A stretch of DNA of 64,000 nucleotides, taken from contig DATHOD010000174.1 of assembly GCA_035485295.1 (NCBI GenBank), forward strand, positions 3,704 to 67,703, read 5' to 3'. Below the pieces are notes generated by a model that saw nothing but the letters and a program-made list of their open reading frames with translations, was not told the origin of the DNA and searched no databases. Source of the stretch: Bacteroidia bacterium (GTDB lineage: Bacteria > Bacteroidota > Bacteroidia > JABEUT01). Positions 22,201-32,496 of this stretch are shown one piece after another (the stretch's first letter is position 1; every line of letters starts with the position of its first letter). Position numbers and translations under genes: made by a program.

Positions 22201-25200
22201 CGGCTTCAGTTGCATTTATTTGTCTTAATACTACCTGGCTATGTGTCCAGGCAAGTTCAAATACGCGGTCTTTATGGTGCTTATCCTGGTATTTATCAAT
22301 CAAGCCTTGACAAGTTTCCCGGGTTTCTGCAATGCCAATAATCATATCAAGTATAACTGTCTCTTCGGGGTTAAGTGTTATTTTATACCTAATGGCAACG
22401 ATTGGATCCAGTACTGAACCCTGATTTCCTGACAGTACACCAGCATTAGCCACAGCCTTGGGATTGACAGTAGTATTTCCTCTTCCAATAAATTCCATCC
22501 TATCGGTTTCATATGATACTTCTTCAGGTTCTTTCCCTTGCATTGTCATTAAATGGAAAAGCCAAGGAGATTGTTCATCAGTGGACCGCGGCCTGCGTGT
22601 GCAAAGAATAGTGTGTTTATTTGGTATTATTTCTGTTTGAACAAAGAGATTACTAAATGCAGGCTGCATAAGGTCTGAAGCGGCAGATGCCATTACCACT
22701 TCTGCATAACTTGTTATTTCCAATGTAGTGCGGGTAGGCGAATTATTAGTTATACTAACTCTTCTCATTTCTATATCATCTTCCGGCGATACAACAATTT
22801 CTGTATGTGTTTCTATATTGCTATGCTTAGTACGAAAGCTTACATGTCCTTGTGAAAATGCAGCTTCATAAGCATCACCTTTTTTCAATGTAGGCTGATG
22901 TGTATTTGACCAATATTCGCCACTCTTCAAGTCACGTATATAGCAAAACGTGCCCCAATTATCACAGGTGCCATCTTCCCTCCAGCGTGTAACGGCAAGA
23001 TCCTTCCACTTACTATAACCACCGCCTGCATTAGTTACCATTACATGGTAGTTCCCATTTGATAATAATTGAACTTCAGGGGTAGGTGTGTCAGGGGTAT
23101 TTATTACTCTGGTTTCGGTGCCACTGGCTACATAATTTACATCAGCTATGTCCGTGGTATGTGCAAAGAAGGAAGATGCTTTCGGTATTCTTTCCTGGAG
23201 CAATAGGAGAGTAGCCTTAAATTGAGGTTCCGCTTCAAATAGTTTTTGCATAGGTTTATCAAGAAGCAGGTAACCAAGTGATAGCAAACTCATTCCCTGG
23301 TGATGGGCCATGTAAGAATAAATTATAGCGCTGGACTGCCCATGCTGTAAGCGTGATGGAGTATAATCGACTGCTTCATAAAACCCATATTTTCCTTCAA
23401 ATCCTTTTTTGTAAAGCAGTTCCAGATTCTTACAAGCCTCCTCTGGCACCACCATAAGTGCTAGTGCAGAAGCATACGGGGCAATTACTGAATCTTCTTC
23501 CAGGCCACGCTTTAAGCCAAGGCCGGGAGCACCAAATGCACGATATTGATAATTGGAATTAGCATTCACCATATTATAGCCTGATTCTGATATTCCCCAA
23601 GGCAGGCTTTTCAGTTTTCCATATTCTATTTGCCAGTCAACAGCTGCTTTGCAGGTTTGGTCTAACAAAGTATTTTCATAAGATGGCATTACTAAAAGTG
23701 GCATAAGATATTCGAACATAGAGCCACTCCATGATAGAAGGATAGGTTGCCCGTCGACATTGGTGAGTAAGCGCCCTAATGCAAACCAGCTTTCTTCGGG
23801 TAGTTTGCCTTGTGCAATACCAATAAAGGTGCATAACCTCGATTCAGATGCAAGCAGGTCATAATAGCTTACATCGGTTTTATGTTCATGTACATTATAC
23901 CCAATACTGAATAATTTGCTCGATGTGTCAAATAGGAAATCCCATTCCATATCCGCAAGTTCATTGCATTGTTGAGCTAAACTTTCGGTAGCTGAAATTC
24001 TTTCTTGAGCTATATGTATTGAACTGGATAAGGAAGCCTGAAATGTTTCTAGCCATTCATTTTCAACTACTGTATTACTGCTATTTTGCTGAAGAGTTGT
24101 ATTGATTTGTAAACCCTGAGCTGCCTTTAATAATTCAACTAAGCTTGAATTTATTTTCATGGGAACTACGTCAGTGAACTTGGCTGGAACTTGAATTTGC
24201 CATGGTGTAAAAAATTGAATGTCAGTAGTTGCCTGCTTAAGTTGGTTTTCGAAAGTTTGATTCCACCAATGCGTTTCACTATCGGTAGAATTATTAAGCT
24301 TTTCAAATACGGGAGTAAAGTCTTTTGTAAGTACTTGCAGTTGGGCATCGACTTCATGGCTATTGACTAAAATGGAATTACAGATTGTGTCCAACTCTGT
24401 TTTAAATTCTTTCAGCAGGTCGATATCTTCCCCTTTTAGCGTACCAATAAGTACCAGCAGTGTATCTCTAAGCCCTTCAAATAAATTCACACTTAATATT
24501 CTTTGATAGGGTATGGCAAGCATTCCTTGTCTTAAAACCAGCAAGTGTGATGCAAGGTTCCCGCTATCAACTGTTGAAATATATTTAGGCAGCAATGGGT
24601 TTAATGTTTCAGTATCGTACCAATTATAAAAATGGCCTTTGTATCGCTCCATTTTATTCATCGTATCTATTGTTTCGGTAGTTCGTTCAATAAGCTCATT
24701 TGTAGAAATATATCCAAATTCACAAGCTACTATATTGGATAGTAGCGAGAGCCCTATGTTGGTAGGTGATGTTCTATGCGCTATTTGAGCCTCTGGTTGT
24801 TCCTGGAAATTATCAGGGGGCAGCCAATTATCTTTAAGTACTACGAAGCGTTCAAAGTAACTCCAAGTTTTCCTTGCAAGTTTTCTAAGAAAAGTATTTT
24901 GCTCCTCATCGAGTACTGCTATTTGTTTTGCCAGTGGCTTGCTTGTCCACCAAGTAATTAAAGGTGCAAGAAGCCAAAGCACTAAAATAGGGCCGGCAAT
25001 AATTAATTTTATTGGTGAGAAAATGGTAAGATAAATTACTACTGAAATTGTGATTAACGGCTCAACAAACATATAAGCATAGGATGCAATCAGGCTTGTC
25101 TGCTTAGCAGCTTCATCATTAGCGGAAGAATTCCATTCCAGAAGTTTTTTCCGGGTGATAAGTACTTTCCATAAGGTGCGGGCTATTGCTTTTAAGTTTG

Positions 25201-27940
25201 AAAATGCTTCGTAGGGAAGGCAGATTAAAGTAAATAAGGTTTTAATAAATACATCAGCAATATTGGTGGCCGAATTCCTTATGTGATGCAACAGGATAAC
25301 ATCTTTGGGTTTTCTGATCGTGTCCCAGATAGAAGTAACTATAATGGGAATGATAATAATACTTGAAACCAGTATTGTCCAGAAAAAGCACGAGCCCAAT
25401 GCAATCCAGCCGAGTAGGAGCAGGAGTGTTAGTGCTACAGGCACAAGACTTCGTCTTATGTTATCAAATATTTTCCAGCGAGATAATGCTGATATAGGAT
25501 TTTTATGCCACTGGTTTCCGGGACCGGGAACAAAAGGCAGGAACCATGAAAAAATCTGCCAGTCGCCGCGAATCCAACGTGAGTACCTTTTCATATCTGC
25601 ACGATAGGTGGTAGGATACTTTTCAAACAATTGAACATCGCTTAATAGGCCCGAACGCACATAACATCCTTCCAAAAGATCATGGCTAAGTATCCCATTT
25701 TCAGAAAACCTTCCTTCCAGCACTTTTATAAATATATCTACTTCATAAATTCCTTTTCCAATAAAAGAGCCTTCTCCAAAAAGATCCTGATAAACATCTG
25801 AAGATGCGCGGGTATATGGGTCAATTCCGGGTTCATTACCATGCAGGCGGGCATATACTGAACCGGTAATATCAGGTAGGCTAACTGTAACTCTAGGTTG
25901 AAGGATCCCATATCCCTTTGTTACTCTTTTCTTTTTTTCGTCATACCATGGACGATTTAATGGATGAGCCATTGCACCAATTAGTTTCCATGCTGAACCC
26001 AATGGAAGCTGGGTGTCGGCATCGAGTGTAATAACATACTTTATTGTTGGAAAAATAGATTGATCACCTATGATTAGCGAAAAACCTTCTTTTGCTCCAC
26101 CACGCAATAATGTATTTAACTCTGAAAGTTTTCCACGCTTTCTTTCATAACCCATCCATGCATTTTCCTGTGGGTTCCAACGTCGCGGACGATGAAAGAG
26201 AAAAAACAGATCATTCTTTTCTCTTCGGTATTTCTTATTTAATCCCTCAATTTTCTGTTGTGCAAAACTCAACAGTTCCTGATCATCGGGTAGTGTTTCT
26301 TGGGCAGCGTCATTAAAATCTGTTAATAGACCGAAATGCAAATTATTATTTCTATTTGCCAGGAAACGAACTTCTAAAGCTTCAACTAAGTTCTCTATAC
26401 CTTCTATATTAGAAATCATCACCGGTATCACGACTAACGTTTTAGCGCTAATTGGAATCTCATGCGAGAAGTCCATTCTGGGTAATAAGTGTGGCTTAAC
26501 CAGTAAGGTGAAAATGAAATTGACAACTGAAATAGCGAGTTGGCTTGTGCAAATAAGCGCAAGCAATATAATTGACAGTAGTATCCAACGGTGCTCTGAA
26601 CTCGCATGCACTCTTATTAAAATGCCAATACTGATAGAGAATGTAATTAACGTGATACAAGTTAGGTATACACTAAAGGCTCGCTTTTTCAGCACTCTTC
26701 TTATCCGCTGGGCAGCAGATAAGTGCATATTTGCACGTTGTTGGGTTTGCCGCATTCCATGGCCTATCAGGTAATACCCGACATGCTTTGTACGATCATC
26801 TTGCTCATTTACTAATACATTTTCATGCATTAATTCTATGGCAATACGCGCTACTTCGAACTCGGTTATTTTGCTTTTTTTCGCAATATTCTCAACCGAG
26901 TGGCGGTATTGATCACGTGTCGAGAAATCCATTAAGCCATAAACGCCATCATTATCTTCACGCAGAGTTTGCTCTACTATGCTATGATTTTCAACAAAAT
27001 CGCGCCAATCCATTGCACCAAGCAATCGAAGACTGCCGATACTATTACTCATAGAAACCTGGTCTGTCGACTGTTTTTGAATTTCAGCATTTATCAGCTC
27101 GGTACTTGTTAGCCCGCTTTCAGATAATTGCTGCTCTATCCAGTTAAGCGATAGTGCCAGGTCAGGCCCTTTTCCACGAAGTTGCCGTGTTAGCTCAGAA
27201 ACAAATGCACTAACCATAGGTGGCTCAGAACGTGCCATATCTGAAATAACCAATATCAGGTCCTTGGGATTTTTTTCAGCGGTCTCAACCATTTGTCTTG
27301 CCCAGTAATCAGCAAGGTTTCTATCTACACGGTCAATAGCTATTCTTGCGGAAACCCGCCTGAGATTCTCAATAAGTGCAAGGCGGAGCATAATAGGAAT
27401 AGCCCATAATTCACCTAACTGCAAATTTGTAACAGATTGATAAGCTTGCATAAAGCTGCTAAGGCTTTCAATATCTATTCGTCCGTCGGTATGAGAAATT
27501 ATCTGCAGAACAATATCATAAATACGCGTAAATCCTTTCGATGCTCCATCCAATAGTTGAGGTAGATCTTCACTATAGTCTTTTGGGAAGTGTGTTTTAG
27601 CGGTCCGAATATGTTCTTCTATCAGGTAGAAGTTATCTATCAGCCATTCGCCTGCAGGTGTAATTTCATGTTTTCTCTTTATTGAGCCGGTAAGAAGCTT
27701 GCGCACTTCATGTAAAACCGCCTCATTATCTGCAAGCCGTTTGAGTAGATGTTCCTTTGCCGGTTTTGTACTTAGTTTGTGTGACCCGGCAAGAGTTTTC
27801 CCAAATCTTTCCATCTGCTCCGAACTAAACAACTCACCTCTTAATGGTTCCTCATTCAAGTAACGGAGCCTTGAGTTATTCGCCCTGAAAAAGTCCCTCA
27901 TATTGGATATGAGTTCGTGTGCTGCCGGTATTAATTTCAT
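19250..27940 (-). CDS. cyclic beta-1,2-glucan synthase (NdvB/Cgs/ChvB-like), 2896 aa
   Basis: Giant size. Multi-TM N-terminal region, central GT domain (DADTQLP…QPRV) and C-terminal GH94 glucan-phosphorylase-like domain, as in NdvB. Confidence 0.8.
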   Translation of the reverse strand: MKLIPAAHELISNMRDFFRANNSRLRYLNEEPLRGELFSSEQMERFGKTLAGSHKLSTKPAKEHLLKRLADNEAVLHEVRKLLTGSIKRKHEITPAGEWLIDNFYLIEEHIRTAKTHFPKDYSEDLPQLLDGASKGFTRIYDIVLQIISHTDGRIDIESLSSFMQAYQSVTNLQLGELWAIPIMLRLALIENLRRVSARIAIDRVDRNLADYWARQMVETAEKNPKDLILVISDMARSEPPMVSAFVSELTRQLRGKGPDLALSLNWIEQQLSESGLTSTELINAEIQKQSTDQVSMSNSIGSLRLLGAMDWRDFVENHSIVEQTLREDNDGVYGLMDFSTRDQYRHSVENIAKKSKITEFEVARIAIELMHENVLVNEQDDRTKHVGYYLIGHGMRQTQQRANMHLSAAQRIRRVLKKRAFSVYLTCITLITFSISIGILIRVHASSEHRWILLSIILLALICTSQLAISVVNFIFTLLVKPHLLPRMDFSHEIPISAKTLVVIPVMISNIEGIENLVEALEVRFLANRNNNLHFGLLTDFNDAAQETLPDDQELLSFAQQKIEGLNKKYRREKNDLFFLFHRPRRWNPQENAWMGYERKRGKLSELNTLLRGGAKEGFSLIIGDQSIFPTIKYVITLDADTQLPLGSAWKLIGAMAHPLNRPWYDEKKKRVTKGYGILQPRVTVSLPDITGSVYARLHGNEPGIDPYTRASSDVYQDLFGEGSFIGKGIYEVDIFIKVLEGRFSENGILSHDLLEGCYVRSGLLSDVQLFEKYPTTYRADMKRYSRWIRGDWQIFSWFLPFVPGPGNQWHKNPISALSRWKIFDNIRRSLVPVALTLLLLLGWIALGSCFFWTILVSSIIIIPIIVTSIWDTIRKPKDVILLHHIRNSATNIADVFIKTLFTLICLPYEAFSNLKAIARTLWKVLITRKKLLEWNSSANDEAAKQTSLIASYAYMFVEPLITISVVIYLTIFSPIKLIIAGPILVLWLLAPLITWWTSKPLAKQIAVLDEEQNTFLRKLARKTWSYFERFVVLKDNWLPPDNFQEQPEAQIAHRTSPTNIGLSLLSNIVACEFGYISTNELIERTTETIDTMNKMERYKGHFYNWYDTETLNPLLPKYISTVDSGNLASHLLVLRQGMLAIPYQRILSVNLFEGLRDTLLVLIGTLKGEDIDLLKEFKTELDTICNSILVNSHEVDAQLQVLTKDFTPVFEKLNNSTDSETHWWNQTFENQLKQATTDIQFFTPWQIQVPAKFTDVVPMKINSSLVELLKAAQGLQINTTLQQNSSNTVVENEWLETFQASLSSSIHIAQERISATESLAQQCNELADMEWDFLFDTSSKLFSIGYNVHEHKTDVSYYDLLASESRLCTFIGIAQGKLPEESWFALGRLLTNVDGQPILLSWSGSMFEYLMPLLVMPSYENTLLDQTCKAAVDWQIEYGKLKSLPWGISESGYNMVNANSNYQYRAFGAPGLGLKRGLEEDSVIAPYASALALMVVPEEACKNLELLYKKGFEGKYGFYEAVDYTPSRLQHGQSSAIIYSYMAHHQGMSLLSLGYLLLDKPMQKLFEAEPQFKATLLLLQERIPKASSFFAHTTDIADVNYVASGTETRVINTPDTPTPEVQLLSNGNYHVMVTNAGGGYSKWKDLAVTRWREDGTCDNWGTFCYIRDLKSGEYWSNTHQPTLKKGDAYEAAFSQGHVSFRTKHSNIETHTEIVVSPEDDIEMRRVSITNNSPTRTTLEITSYAEVVMASAASDLMQPAFSNLFVQTEIIPNKHTILCTRRPRSTDEQSPWLFHLMTMQGKEPEEVSYETDRMEFIGRGNTTVNPKAVANAGVLSGNQGSVLDPIVAIRYKITLNPEETVILDMIIGIAETRETCQGLIDKYQDKHHKDRVFELAWTHSQVVLRQINATEADAQLYGQLASSILFTNPSFRADPSILINNHRGQSGLWGYSISGDLPIVLLKIEKQANMQLVKQLIQAHSYWRLKGLAVDLVIWNEEHSGYRQIFQNEIQSLVPAELADRPGGIFVRASDQISNEDRILFQTVARINISDNGGALADHIQRKQLQKVIIPYISPTQPHKPIVTDVALPEGLLFFNGLGGFSPDGSEYIIRIDSKNKTPAPWVNVIANPNFGTVISESGSAYTWTENAHELRLTPWNDDPVCDTGGETFYLRDEENGTFWSTTLLPTGGDSAYITRHGFGYSAFEHIEDGIYSEMTTYVDIDSPIKFIAFKIRNQSGRPRKLSATGYIEWVLDNNRAKTAMHIHTEIDPDSGALFGKNPYNKEFANRVAFFDVDFTKKTFTADRIEFIGRNGTLQNPDAMSRVKLSGKIGLALDPCAAIQVPFDLADGEETEVIFRLGAGRDAGDASRIARQFRGSDVAHDSLERIKNYWKHTLSAVRVETPDAALNLITNGWLTYQTLSSRLWGRSGFYQSGGAFGFRDQLQDVLSLLHTQPHLAREQILLCASRQFPEGDVQHWWHPPIGQGTRTRCSDDFLWLPLVTSLYISHTGDIGVLDETVTFLEGRPLGTGVESYYDTPAISLNSAKLYAHCVLAIKHGFRYGEHGLPLIGAGDWNDGYDKIGINGKGESVWMAFFLYDVLIKFSETAGLFKDSQFAELCTKEAEKLKKNIDANAWDGQWYKRAWFDNGTPLGSSMNEECKIDSIAQSWSVISGAGEEKKVNVAMEAAYKNLVQKDTRVIQLLEPPFDKSDLNPGYIKGYVPGVRENGGQYTHAAIWMIMAFAKLGDKKKVWELLNMVNPINHGKSADEIGIYKVESYVLAADVYGCAPHAGRGGWTWYTGSAGWMYQLITQSFLGLQQEGNKLKIAPCVPTEWESFTIHYRYMKTTYNIVVTQKESVGETIVSVDGIEEKSGIITLVDDGIGHSIGIVLCTNRELLI

Positions 27941-29595
27941 ACTGCGTTTTCTTTAATGCTTAAAGCAGTATTGACAATATCTGTAGCTTCTTTGATGATC
28001 TGTCTTAAGTGAGATCTTTCTAAAAAGCTTTCTGCATATATTTTATAAATATCCTCCGTTCCTGAAGGGCGTGCTGCAAACCAGCCATTCTCTGTACCCA
28101 CTTTCACACCACCAATCGAGGCGTTATTAGCAGGTGCAGTAGTAAATATTTTTTTTATTTCTTCTCCCGCTAAATCTTTGTGTGTGATCTGTTCAGAAGA
28201 AAGCGTTCTCAGTTTTTCTTTTTCCTGAGGTGTTGCTTTAGTTTCAATACGTTCGTAAATAGGGGTACCAAGTTCTTTTGTGAGTTCATTATAGAGCATA
28301 CCCGGGTCGCGGCCCATTTTTGCAGTCATTTCTGCTGATAGTAATGCAGGTATAAATCCATCCTTATCTGTTGTCCATACACTTCCATCTAACCGGGAAA
28401 ACGATGCACCAGCGCTTTCTTCTCCTCCAAAGCAAAGCGATGAGTTAAGCAAACCATCTACAAACCACTTAAAGCCAACCGGAACCTCATAAAGCTGCCT
28501 TCCAAATTTTGCCGCAATACGGTCTATCAGTTGGGTGGTAACAACCGTTTTACCTACTGCAGCTGTTTTATTCCACTTAGGGCGATTTTGAAGCAGGTAT
28601 GAAATGGCAACAGATAAATAATTGTTAGGATTTAAAAGTCCTTCACTTCTTGTAATAATTCCATGCCTATCATGGTCTGTATCACAGGCAAAAGAAATAT
28701 CAAAACGGTCTTTCATTTTGATTAACCTTTGCATAGCATAGGAAGAAGAGGGATCCATCCGAATCTGCCCATCCCAATCCCTTGTCATGAAACCGAAAGT
28801 AGGATCGACTGTTTTATTTACAACTGTTAAGTCTAATTTGTATCGTTCAGCAATGGGCTCCCAATAATGAACTCCGGCACCACCCAGAGGGTCAACACCA
28901 ATACTAATATTTGAATTACGAATTACATCCATATCGATAATATTACCAAGGTCATTAACATATGAATTCAAATAGTCGTAGTAGTGCGTTGTAGATAAGC
29001 GAAGTGCTTTGTCAAATGAAATCCTTTTTACAGATTGAAGATTATTCTCAAGAAATTCATTTGCTTTTGATTCAATCCAGTCTGTTACCTCTGTTCCTGC
29101 AGGCCCGCCATTGGGAGGATTGTATTTAAACCCACCATCATCAGGCGGATTGTGTGAAGGTGTAATTACTATACCATCGGCCATGCCTGTACTACGCCTC
29201 TGATTATATTTTAAAATAGCATGTGAAATAACAGGAGTAGGGGTGAATTCATCATCTTCAGTGATCATTACCTCTACATTATTTGCAGCCAATATTTCCA
29301 TTGTAGTGGCAAAGGCAGGTGCTGAAAGCGCGTGGGTATCGAAGCCCAAATATAACGGGCCATCAATCTTTTGTTCTTTACGGTATAAGCAAATGGCTTG
29401 TGTAATAGCCACAATATGATTTTCATTAAATGAATTTGTGAATGAAGACCCTCTATGCCCGGAAGTTCCGAACACGATACGTTCAGCCGAAACAGTTGGA
29501 TCAGGTTTTCCAGTATAATATGCAGATACAAGCCTTGGTATGTTTACCAATATCTCCGGTATAGCCGGTTTGCCTGCAAAAGGACTCACTATCAT
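27937..29595 (-). CDS. pgm: phosphoglucomutase (alpha-D-glucose phosphate-specific)
   Basis: Active-site loop TPSHNPPDDGGFKYNPPNGGPA; metal site FACDTDHDR. Confidence 0.9.
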   Translation of the reverse strand: MIVSPFAGKPAIPEILVNIPRLVSAYYTGKPDPTVSAERIVFGTSGHRGSSFTNSFNENHIVAITQAICLYRKEQKIDGPLYLGFDTHALSAPAFATTMEILAANNVEVMITEDDEFTPTPVISHAILKYNQRRSTGMADGIVITPSHNPPDDGGFKYNPPNGGPAGTEVTDWIESKANEFLENNLQSVKRISFDKALRLSTTHYYDYLNSYVNDLGNIIDMDVIRNSNISIGVDPLGGAGVHYWEPIAERYKLDLTVVNKTVDPTFGFMTRDWDGQIRMDPSSSYAMQRLIKMKDRFDISFACDTDHDRHGIITRSEGLLNPNNYLSVAISYLLQNRPKWNKTAAVGKTVVTTQLIDRIAAKFGRQLYEVPVGFKWFVDGLLNSSLCFGGEESAGASFSRLDGSVWTTDKDGFIPALLSAEMTAKMGRDPGMLYNELTKELGTPIYERIETKATPQEKEKLRTLSSEQITHKDLAGEEIKKIFTTAPANNASIGGVKVGTENGWFAARPSGTEDIYKIYAESFLERSHLRQIIKEATDIVNTALSIKENAV

Positions 29596-29597
29596 AT

Positions 29598-30074
29598 TTA
29601 AATTGCGTTTCGCGTACTTTCTAGTTCAGCTACTTTAGCCAAACGCCTGGTATGTTTTTCTGTATTCCTAAACTTTGCTTCAAGAAATATCTTAGTCAAT
29701 TCCCAGCCAAGGGCCAAATCAATCACCCTGCCACCCAGGCATATCATATTCATGTCGTCGTCTTCAACACCTTGTTGTGCTGAAAACTTTTCATGGATAA
29801 GGCTCGCTCTTATACCTGTAACTTTATTTGCTGCAATACAAGCTCCAACACCACTTCCACAAACAGCAATACCTTTAAGTACATCACCTGTAGCAATTGC
29901 CCTTGCAAGTGGAATCACGTAATCAGGATAATCATCATCAGGGTGTAAGCCACTAGCACCAAAATCAATTGTCTGGTAATCGGTTTCATTTAGCTTTTTT
30001 ACTAAATATTCTTTCAATTCAAATCCTGCGTGATCTGCCGCAATTCCAATTTTAAATTTCCCAATACTATTCAT
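29598..30074 (-). CDS. rpiB: ribose-5-phosphate isomerase B
   Basis: [17 protein letters not shown]…CGSGVG, typical RpiB/LacAB. Confidence 0.9.
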   Translation of the reverse strand: MNSIGKFKIGIAADHAGFELKEYLVKKLNETDYQTIDFGASGLHPDDDYPDYVIPLARAIATGDVLKGIAVCGSGVGACIAANKVTGIRASLIHEKFSAQQGVEDDDMNMICLGGRVIDLALGWELTKIFLEAKFRNTEKHTRRLAKVAELESTRNAI

Positions 30075-32157
30075 TACTATTCCTTTTTAATAAGGCCTGA
30101 GCTTGCTTGCATATATTTTCAACTGTAAATCCTTTTTTATCCATCATGGTTTTTCCGGGAGCCGAAGCTCCGAATGTGTCGATACCTATTACTATTCCTT
30201 TATCGCCTGTATATTTATGCCAGCCTTGTGTAACTCCGGCTTCTATAGCAATTCTTTTATTAATCGAAGGAGGAAGTATTATATCTCGGTATTCAGTAGC
30301 CTGTGCTTCGAATAGTTCCCAGCTTGGCATTGAAACAATTCGTGCAGGAATATTATGCTTCATTAATTCTTGTTGCGCATCTACTATCAAACCGACTTCA
30401 GAACCGCTTGCTATTAATATCAATTCTGGTTTAACATCAGGAATATCTGATAATATATAAGCCCCGAAGCGAAGACCTTCCGCAGAAGCATATTGTTTCC
30501 TGTCAACAGTGGGTACGTCCTGTCGGGAAAGAATTAATGCCACCGGCGCTTTTTTTGATTCAATAGCAATGCGCCATGCCTCGGCAGTTTCATTTGCATC
30601 ACAGGGCCGTATTACAATCAAACGAGGGATTGCCCTAAGACATGCAAGATGTTCTATGGGTTGATGGGTTGGCCCGTCTTCACCCATAGCGATACTATCG
30701 TGGGTGAAAACAAAAACTGTATTTAATTCCATTAATGCCGCAAGTCGAATAGCAGGGCGCATATAATCTGAGAAAGTCAGGAATGTGGCACAGAATGGGA
30801 TAATACCTCCATGAGCAGCCATTCCATTTGAAATTGATGCCATTCCATGCTCACGAACGCCAAACTGTAAATTGCGGCCGGCATAGCTCCATCCACCTCC
30901 CGCTGACCCTTGAAGGTCACCTACGGCCATGGAAGGGTTTTCAAAGTTTCCGGCATCTATAAGTTCTGTGAAAGTAGATGTGTTAAGGTCGGCAGAGCCA
31001 CCAATGAAGCCAGGGAGTAAAGGACTAAAAGCCTGCATTATTTTGCCAGAAGCCACGCGTGTAGCTATGCCCTTGCTATCAGCCGGAAATTTAGGAATAG
31101 TGGCATCCAAGTAAATAGAAGGCTCTCCTTTTATTAGACTGAATAGCTCTTGAGCAAGTTCAGGATATTTTTGTTCGTATTCTGAGAAGTGCTTTTTCCA
31201 TTTATCTTCTAAATGCTTTCCGGTTTCAACTGACTTGCGAAAGTTAATCAGGGCATCTTTAGGAATCAGAAATGATGGGGTCAAGGGCCAGCCAAGTTTT
31301 GCCTTGGTTAACTTTACTTCTTCTTCTCCTAACGGAGAACCATGAGCAGCGCATGTATCTTGTTTGTTAGGTGAGCCGTAACCAATATGAGTTCTTACTA
31401 TTATCAGCGAAGGACGCTCTTTTTCTTCCTGAGCAGCTTTAATCGCTTTCTCAATGGATTCTAGGTCATTACCATCCTCAATAGATGCCACGTGCCATCC
31501 GTATGCTTCAAATCGCTTCGCATGATCTTCAGTAAATGTAACGGGAGTTGCAGAGGCAAGTGTAATATGATTATTGTCGTACAGATAAATCAGTTTGCCA
31601 AGTTTTAAATGACCAGCAAGCGGAGCTGCTTCTGCAGATACCCCTTCCATTAGGTCACCATCGCTTACTAAGCCATAGGTGTAATGATTGATGATTTCAA
31701 AACTGGGCTTATTGTATCGTGCAGCCAAATATGCTTCGGCAATTGCCATACCCACACCATTTGCAAATCCCTGGCCGAGAGGACCGGTTGTTGTTTCAAC
31801 GCCGGGCGTTATTCCACGCTCAGGATGGCCAGGTGTTTTACTTCCCCATTGCCGAAACTGTTTAATATCATCAAGTGATAGATCATATCCAGTCAAGTGC
31901 AACAAGCTATATAACAGCATTGAACCATGGCCCGCAGACAATACAAACCTATCGCGGTTAAACCAATGTGGATTTGTTGGATTATGCTGCAGGAACCTTG
32001 TCCATAGAACGTATGCCATGGGTGCAGCACCTAACGGCAAGCCAGGGTGGCCGCTATTAGCCTTTTGAACAGCATCTATTGACAGAAAACGTATTGTATT
32101 TACAGAAAGGGTATCCAATTCCAATTGAGGATGAATTGGTTCACTTAGTTTGTTCAT
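30067..32157 (-). CDS. tkt: transketolase
   Basis: [27 protein letters not shown]…GDGDLMEG…[15 protein letters not shown]. Confidence 0.95.
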   Translation of the reverse strand: MNKLSEPIHPQLELDTLSVNTIRFLSIDAVQKANSGHPGLPLGAAPMAYVLWTRFLQHNPTNPHWFNRDRFVLSAGHGSMLLYSLLHLTGYDLSLDDIKQFRQWGSKTPGHPERGITPGVETTTGPLGQGFANGVGMAIAEAYLAARYNKPSFEIINHYTYGLVSDGDLMEGVSAEAAPLAGHLKLGKLIYLYDNNHITLASATPVTFTEDHAKRFEAYGWHVASIEDGNDLESIEKAIKAAQEEKERPSLIIVRTHIGYGSPNKQDTCAAHGSPLGEEEVKLTKAKLGWPLTPSFLIPKDALINFRKSVETGKHLEDKWKKHFSEYEQKYPELAQELFSLIKGEPSIYLDATIPKFPADSKGIATRVASGKIMQAFSPLLPGFIGGSADLNTSTFTELIDAGNFENPSMAVGDLQGSAGGGWSYAGRNLQFGVREHGMASISNGMAAHGGIIPFCATFLTFSDYMRPAIRLAALMELNTVFVFTHDSIAMGEDGPTHQPIEHLACLRAIPRLIVIRPCDANETAEAWRIAIESKKAPVALILSRQDVPTVDRKQYASAEGLRFGAYILSDIPDVKPELILIASGSEVGLIVDAQQELMKHNIPARIVSMPSWELFEAQATEYRDIILPPSINKRIAIEAGVTQGWHKYTGDKGIVIGIDTFGASAPGKTMMDKKGFTVENICKQAQALLKRNSNE

Positions 32158-32176
32158 TAGGGTATTTTATTAATAC

Positions 32177-32244
32177 GTAAAATAGCCGCTATTTGCCAAA
32201 GCAAGTGTTACACAAGTTTTAGAATATATTATACAATTCACACA
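32177..32244 (-). promoter_or_regulatory. bipartite module (degenerate box) upstream of the tkt-rpiB-pgm-cyclic glucan synthase operon
   Basis: Minus-strand reading gives TGTGTGAATTGTATAA, 21 bp, TGTAACA, N23, CTATTTTAC. The distal 16-mer differs at 2 positions from TGTGTGAATAGTGTAA, found at 33111 and 54721. Confidence 0.45.
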
Positions 32245-32380
32245 TTAGTGTAAAATTCAGAATGTTGAAACAAAATGAATAAATTTGAAACCTCTAGTGA
32301 CTGAAAATTGTTTCAGCTTTGTATTACCTAAGCAAAATGAAATTATGTATTATGTTGCTTTTCAAGTAAATGAATGTTCT

Positions 32381-32403
32381 GGTTCGATTCCTATCGTAGC
32401 CAC
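32381..32403 (+). other. orphan copy of the tRNA-Arg 3-prime end (22/23 nt identical to 9710-9732)
   Basis: GGTTCGATTCCTATCGtAGCCAC versus GGTTCGATTCCTATCGgAGCCAC at the tRNA. No acceptor 5-prime partner upstream, so it is not a tRNA gene. Confidence 0.5.
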
Positions 32404-32496
32404 AAAAATTGTGATAATAAAAGGATTTAAGCTAAAAACCAGGGCACGGAAGGTTCTGTTTTTTTCATTTACTATAACATTTTGAATCGTTAAAAT

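Noticed and set aside
19295-27054. Many 60-110-aa plus-strand ORFs inside the cyclic glucan synthase gene, and similar nested ORFs inside metG, tkt, the hybrid kinase and so on
   Set aside because: All lie antisense or out of frame within long, well-supported genes; none has independent support.
32329-32403. Possible second tRNA gene ending in …GGTTCGATTCCTATCGTAGCCA
   Set aside because: No sequence complementary to the acceptor 3-prime strand lies 65-75 nt upstream, and the T-stem 5-prime half (TCTGG) cannot pair with CCTAT. Only the 3-prime 23 nt resemble a tRNA.
32285-32485. 66-aa plus-strand ORF between tkt and the SET gene
   Set aside because: It spans the promoter region and contains the orphan tRNA 3-prime fragment. 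No start context and no conservation signal; probably non-coding.
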